This document shows positions 58,887 to 64,000 of a DNA stretch of 64,000 nucleotides, piece by piece. Both the position numbers and the translations under genes were made by a program. Numbering within the stretch: the first letter of the stretch is position 1; every line of letters starts with the position of its first letter. This DNA is from Lepidodermella squamata (Eukaryota; Animalia; Gastrotricha). The notes below the pieces were generated by a model. The model saw nothing but the letters and a program-made list of their open reading frames with translations. It did not search any database and had not been told where the DNA came from. The stretch lies in assembly GCA_047495785.1 (NCBI GenBank), contig JBLDXI010000006.1:1-64000 (forward strand), given 5' to 3'.

Positions 58887-61800
58887 TTAAAGATAGGCTT
58901 CAATAAATTCTTCCAGTTCCAGAAATGATGGTCGGTCACTCGCTGTCTCCAACCAGCATTTTGTCATCACACTCTCGTAGAATGGCTCGGGACATTTCAA
59001 GGGTTTTTCCAGCACCTTACCAGTCGTAATTCGAACTACCACTGAGGAAGTATCCAGTCCTTCATAAGGGATCGATTTGCACTCTATCACGCGAAATAGT
59101 TATTGGAGTAACATGGAAAGAATATTTATTAAATGTCACCTGAAAATACTTCCCACATCGTAACTCCGAAACACCAAACATCGCTTTTCGGGCCGAACTT
59201 CATCTGCTCGATAGCTTCAGGAGGGTACCAGCGAATCGGTATCACCACCGCTGTTTTGCAACTTGTAGTAAACATTATCCGGGTCGAGGATGCGCGACAT
59301 TCCGAAATCGCTGATTTTCAAGACGAAATCGTCTGAGACTAGAACATTCCTGCAAGCGAGGTCTCGGTGGAGGCAGTTTTTCGACGAAAGGTAGGCCATG
59401 CCACGGCAGATCTGGAGGCAGTAGTCGATAAGCCCCGCTTCAGTCCGGTCATCGTCTGTTTTCTTCAGAAATTGATCCAGGCTGCCTTTTGCCATGAACG
59501 GAGCGACAATGCATGGTTGGCCGTTAATAGCAGCTACTCCAATCAGAGGCAGAACATTATGATGGGAGAAATCTTTCATTATAAGGGCTTCCCTTAGAAA
59601 ATCAGTCATTTTGGATACAGACCCTGGTTTGACACTTTTGATTGCGATCATAATTTCGCTGTTGCTATCAAAACCTTTAAGACTGGCTCGATGAACGGAA
59701 CCGAACTGGCCCTCCCAGACGTAATCGTGCAGTTCGATCCTCCCTGGTTGAATGTTGATCGGTTGGAACTGTTCAATTAGTTCATCAGCCTGTGGCAAGT
59801 CCTTCAGAAGGCTGGATAGATCGGCGATTGCTTCTATGTAGTTTGAAGCATTTGCAGGATTGGAATTCAATGTCATGCCGACGAACCGTTTTACGAAAGC
59901 TTTAGACCTCCACCTGTAGAAAATAACCGCCGCTACGACCAGTATAGCGATTACGGCGACGACACTCAAAATGATCGCGACAAGCGCAACTACTCGGAGA
60001 AACAATAATAACCTATGACAAAGCAAAAAAGTTTTACAAACCTGTGTAATCCTGTTGACCCAAACTTGGCGTTGTGGCTCCAGATTCCACCAGAGACTTT
60101 GATTTGATTTGATTTGATTGTGATTTTATTTGATTTAGGCCATTTTTTGATGATTTGATTTATTGATGATTTGATTTAGAAAATTTCAGGATGATTTGAT
60201 TTGATTTAAATTTAGCCCTCTTGATTTACTGCTGATTTATAAAAATCAGAACTCTCGGAATTTCCCTGTTACTAAACATGAGAAATTATATTTGCCTTGA
60301 AAACAACTGTTTTCCAAAGCCTGGAGCTATTCATCCCCTTTCATACTCATTCAACCAAAGCCAAGCTTGAAATTTGAAAGAACCCCCAGAAATTTACCAT
60401 GATACTCATGTTTCCCTATGCGAAAGATTTGATTTGATTTGATTTAAACGAGCCTGATGATTTGATTTGATTGATTTACTATCGATTTTTTGGGGATTTG
60501 ATTTGAAATGATTGATTTACTGAATAAATCAAATCAAATCAAATCAAAGTCACTGGATTCCACCACTTTTTCTTCAGTTACTCCGCTCGTTACTCCACCA
60601 GTGATCGTCTCAGTTTCATTTGCCCACTCGTAGATGTAAGGACACGGCTGATTTGCCGGAACACTCATGCAACCAGCAGTTGTTTTGATCCTCTCGCTCA
60701 TCGGAAGGATGTTTCGAAATTTTATGGGAACTCCCGTTTCGCAAGTTTGATTGACATCTTCAAGAAATATCCCAGCCTGATCATAAAATAAAATTAGACG
60801 TAATACCTTATCACTATTTCTTTAATTTCCTTTACCAAAACGTATCTTTTTCCAAGCTGTGTTATATTGTCGCTATCGATCGTCAACAGCAAAGCGGAAC
60901 CAGGAAGCAAATCGCAAGGTGAGATGTTCTTATACTTGGTTTGAAAGCACAGCGCCGATGCTTCTGTTTTCAGCGACTCTTTGATCGTTTCCAAACAGTT
61001 TGATTGTGGTATCAATGTACCAGAAATGTAGCCATAATTTGCTTTACGCCCACGTAGCCCGACGATATAAGCAGGATCGTTCCACAGAATGTTTTCGTGG
61101 CAGCAAGTCGGTAAGCAAATGCTATTCGAGTCCTTGAACGGTTTACCAAACCGGGATATGGCGATAGAGTCGAATGTTTCATAGGCCTGCGAAGAATTGA
61201 GCGTTTTTTCGCAAGAGGAACTTGTTACCAAAATTCTATCAGACAGCAAAATTCCTATGCAATTCTCGGCTGTATAAACTATGAAAGGGAACTGATCGTT
61301 TTTCGCATCGGTTGGCTTTGTTACAGGCGAAGCTAAAGGTTTCGTGGTTAGGGATATGCCGCAACTTTTTCGAGATATAAAGTAACGCATTGCATCTTGA
61401 ACAGAGAGCAAATCTTGCCAAGTCAACCTGCCGCCATAAATCGACAATGCTGCTATTGCATGATGCACCATTGTCCAGTTTGAGGAAAATCCGTAAGATG
61501 AGCCAACAGTAAACCCGGACGATTGAGACCACCACTTTTCCGCTGGAGAATCACTTGGGGGTCGTTCTGCGGCAAAAACTAATGTGAAATTGTTGAAAAC
61601 TGTCAGCCACGGTTCATTTGGCGCTGCGGAGAACACAATGCCAACAAAGGTCCATTCCGCTATAGGAAAAATCCCAGGTACCGTGATGACTACGTCGGGT
61701 AATTTGAGAACAGTGCATCAGGATGCTGATATCCGAAGCTGATCGAATTCGGGTGAAATTCAAGGATACCAATTTGTTCTGAGAAAAATTCATTGCGTTG

Positions 61801-63848
61801 GTAGAAGAAAGACACAGTAAGCCCCGAGGTAGAAAGTAAAGGTATTTTGAAATCAGCTACTTCAAATACTTCGCTGTTGAACCACACGCCAGCGTCTTTG
61901 AAGAGGCCGCGGAACATAAAATTTGACTTTACGACCAACTGCTTGCTTGGCAGGCGGCGAGGACCGAAATCATATAGGCCATGTTCATTCGAAATCGGCC
62001 AGAAGCCAACTAGCGAGAAAGATCTGGGCATTGACACCGCTGAAAGGTTTTTTAATACCATAAGAGGTACGTCCGTGATAACTTTTCCATCTTACCTTGG
62101 GTTGCCGAAAATAATGCGATGTTCTTATTCGCGATCAAATCGCTCAATTCTTCCAGTACACTCTCCTCGCTGCGATTAGCATTGAAAGGATATGCTCGCT
62201 GGATAACACTCGCAAACGTTGCTAGAGAAGTGTTAGGAGAGACCAACTCCAATTTTGTAATGAGCGAATTCGGCCTTCCGTAGGAGACGTTTTTCAGATT
62301 TTCATTGAGCTAGATGAAATTTTAGAAAAGAATCAGTAAAACAGAGAGCTTTTCTTGTCTGAATTCATCAAAAATTTCAAATTAATTATATTCTGAGATT
62401 TGAGATTTCAAATATATCGTTAGCGTCGTTGAATATATCGGATTAAGGCTTGTTTCAAGGTGGCAGGTGACGAGTAAAAAGCCTTTCGACTTGTCTCTTC
62501 ACTCACGTTAATAAGGCCGTTTTTTTACTTTCAATTCGAAATGGATTTAAACAAGACTAAATGAGTTATTCAATAACGCTAACGATATTAATTCATTAGA
62601 ATACGAATTTAATTTATTTAAAATTGAATTTTCTCCTCTCATGGCTATAGACGATTACCATACAGAAGGAAGGTCACTGCATTCTGTGGCGGTAACGTTA
62701 CATCATGGTATTTGCTCGTGGCCTTACGTGTTCTATCATACTCGTTGTCATGGACAGCTCAATGTTTTGAAAGGTTGGATCTTGCGGCCAAGTGATGCCG
62801 TTGAAAATCATCGTTCCAACAATTCTCACTGTAATTGATAAATGTCGCATTTCACTCATGGCGGTATGAAGTTCATGAGACCTGTTTGCTTCGACAAGAA
62901 TGCATCGTTTAGGCCGCGACAGCTGTCGACAAGAGAGGCTAATAGTTGCTCACTTAGTGACACGTTATAGCAGGCCAAGCAAGAAAAGCCTTCAGTTATG
63001 CCGCTGTTAGCAACCAACTCCGACTGAAAAGGATGGATAGGCATTGGACGGAACGTTATAATAACCTCTGATTCTCGGACTGTTTGGTTTAGGCAAGGCT
63101 CATTATACTACTCTGGTTTCGGGGTGTAACTGTTTGCATTCGACTTTCTTTGGCTTCACCTATTTTGCGTGTAATCACTTACCTCATCACCAGGACCCCA
63201 CTCATGGAAGCCAATTATCAGTGCGTAATCCAGTATAGGTCGAGGAGGCCATTCTGGCCTGTTCAACGCCTGTGCGTTGAGAGTGACTAGCTTCCGCAGT
63301 TCGTAAATTGGCTCAACACCAATGAATACGGAAAAGTGAGACTTGTTTTGGCTGACAATGGCCAGAAAGTGCCATTTTCTCGGGTGCCACGCATTTTTAA
63401 CTGTGGCCGACAAGCGTTGGTTCGAGCCATGCGCGCCAATTTCTGCGCTAAAATTGCCAACGTTCAGCTTGAAATAGATCGTGAAATCCTTTTCTCGAAA
63501 GGAGAGAATCCCTCTTGCCACGCCTCCTGATTGAGACGCGTATGTGAAGAAAAACAGTGACACGGTTTGCTGGCGGTCGAATTCGAAGAGGCGATAGTTC
63601 AAGTCATAAGTAGATAGCATACTAGAAGCTGAGGAATAAGCACTTTCGAGGTAACCAAACGGACCTGCTTGTTGCATGACGCCAGCTGAGGCAGCGTGCG
63701 AGTATTCAGTCACAACGTTTGACACGTTGGCCATGTTTCTCGTGCCGTATTGGCGATTGTACGGCACCAGAAGCAAGGGCTTGCCGAAGCTGGATACCGT
63801 GTCGATGAATGTCGTAGTCAAAATAGAACTGATGAGAAATCGCGTCAT
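58887..63848 (-). pseudogene. Receptor tyrosine kinase copy 2, disabled
   Basis: Collinear with copy 1 but has a frameshift near 61710, a MITE in the juxtamembrane exon, G-to-W in the glycine loop (YVWEGQFG) and an 8-nt deletion near 59244 that frameshifts the kinase. Confidence 0.85.
60090..60555. mobile_element. hAT-like MITE with (GATTT)n arms inserted in a coding exon
   Basis: CAGAGACTTTGATTT.../...AAATCAAAGTCACTG; 8-bp TSD GATTCCAC. Confidence 0.93.
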
Positions 63849-64000
63849 CGCTCAAGTATATTAGGATGTAATTTATAAAATTCCCTATTGCGTGAAGGTT
63901 AGATGTCATGCTAACAAAAACTTCCTCATGAGGTGTTTCAAGGCATTGATGAGATAATATACGCTGTATGGTAGAGTAATCATTAGTTTCGCGAACATTT

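Overview
Eukaryotic (invertebrate-animal-like) genomic DNA with many very short (about 50-60 nt) GT-AG introns, so the ORF track breaks most genes into exons; the species cannot be named from sequence alone. (1) 1-5032 is one end of a Maverick/Polinton element (AGTAGT terminus, chromodomain integrase) that carries a TATA-binding-protein homologue and TATA-containing repeats. (2) 5.8-40.5 kb holds four tandem minus-strand paralogues of a secreted protein built from small 4-Cys modules plus three C-type lectin domains. One intron of the first paralogue holds an apparently full-length CACTA/EnSpm transposon (transposase, BEN-domain gene, a third gene), and the transposase intron contains two tandem hammerhead ribozymes. 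The third paralogue has a near-exact 1.4-kb internal duplication. (3) 43-49 kb has an intronless class C (GABA-B-like) GPCR and a secreted ankyrin-sushi-mucin-LamG gene. (4) 49.6-63.8 kb has two tandem receptor tyrosine kinases whose ectodomain contains a catalytically dead trypsin-like domain; one looks intact and one is a pseudogene. The large intron of the intact copy holds two head-to-tail gag-only elements with a structured 3' RNA ending in poly(G). There are many MITEs with visible target-site duplications. I saw no rRNA, tRNA or CRISPR array. All calls are by eye, without database searches.
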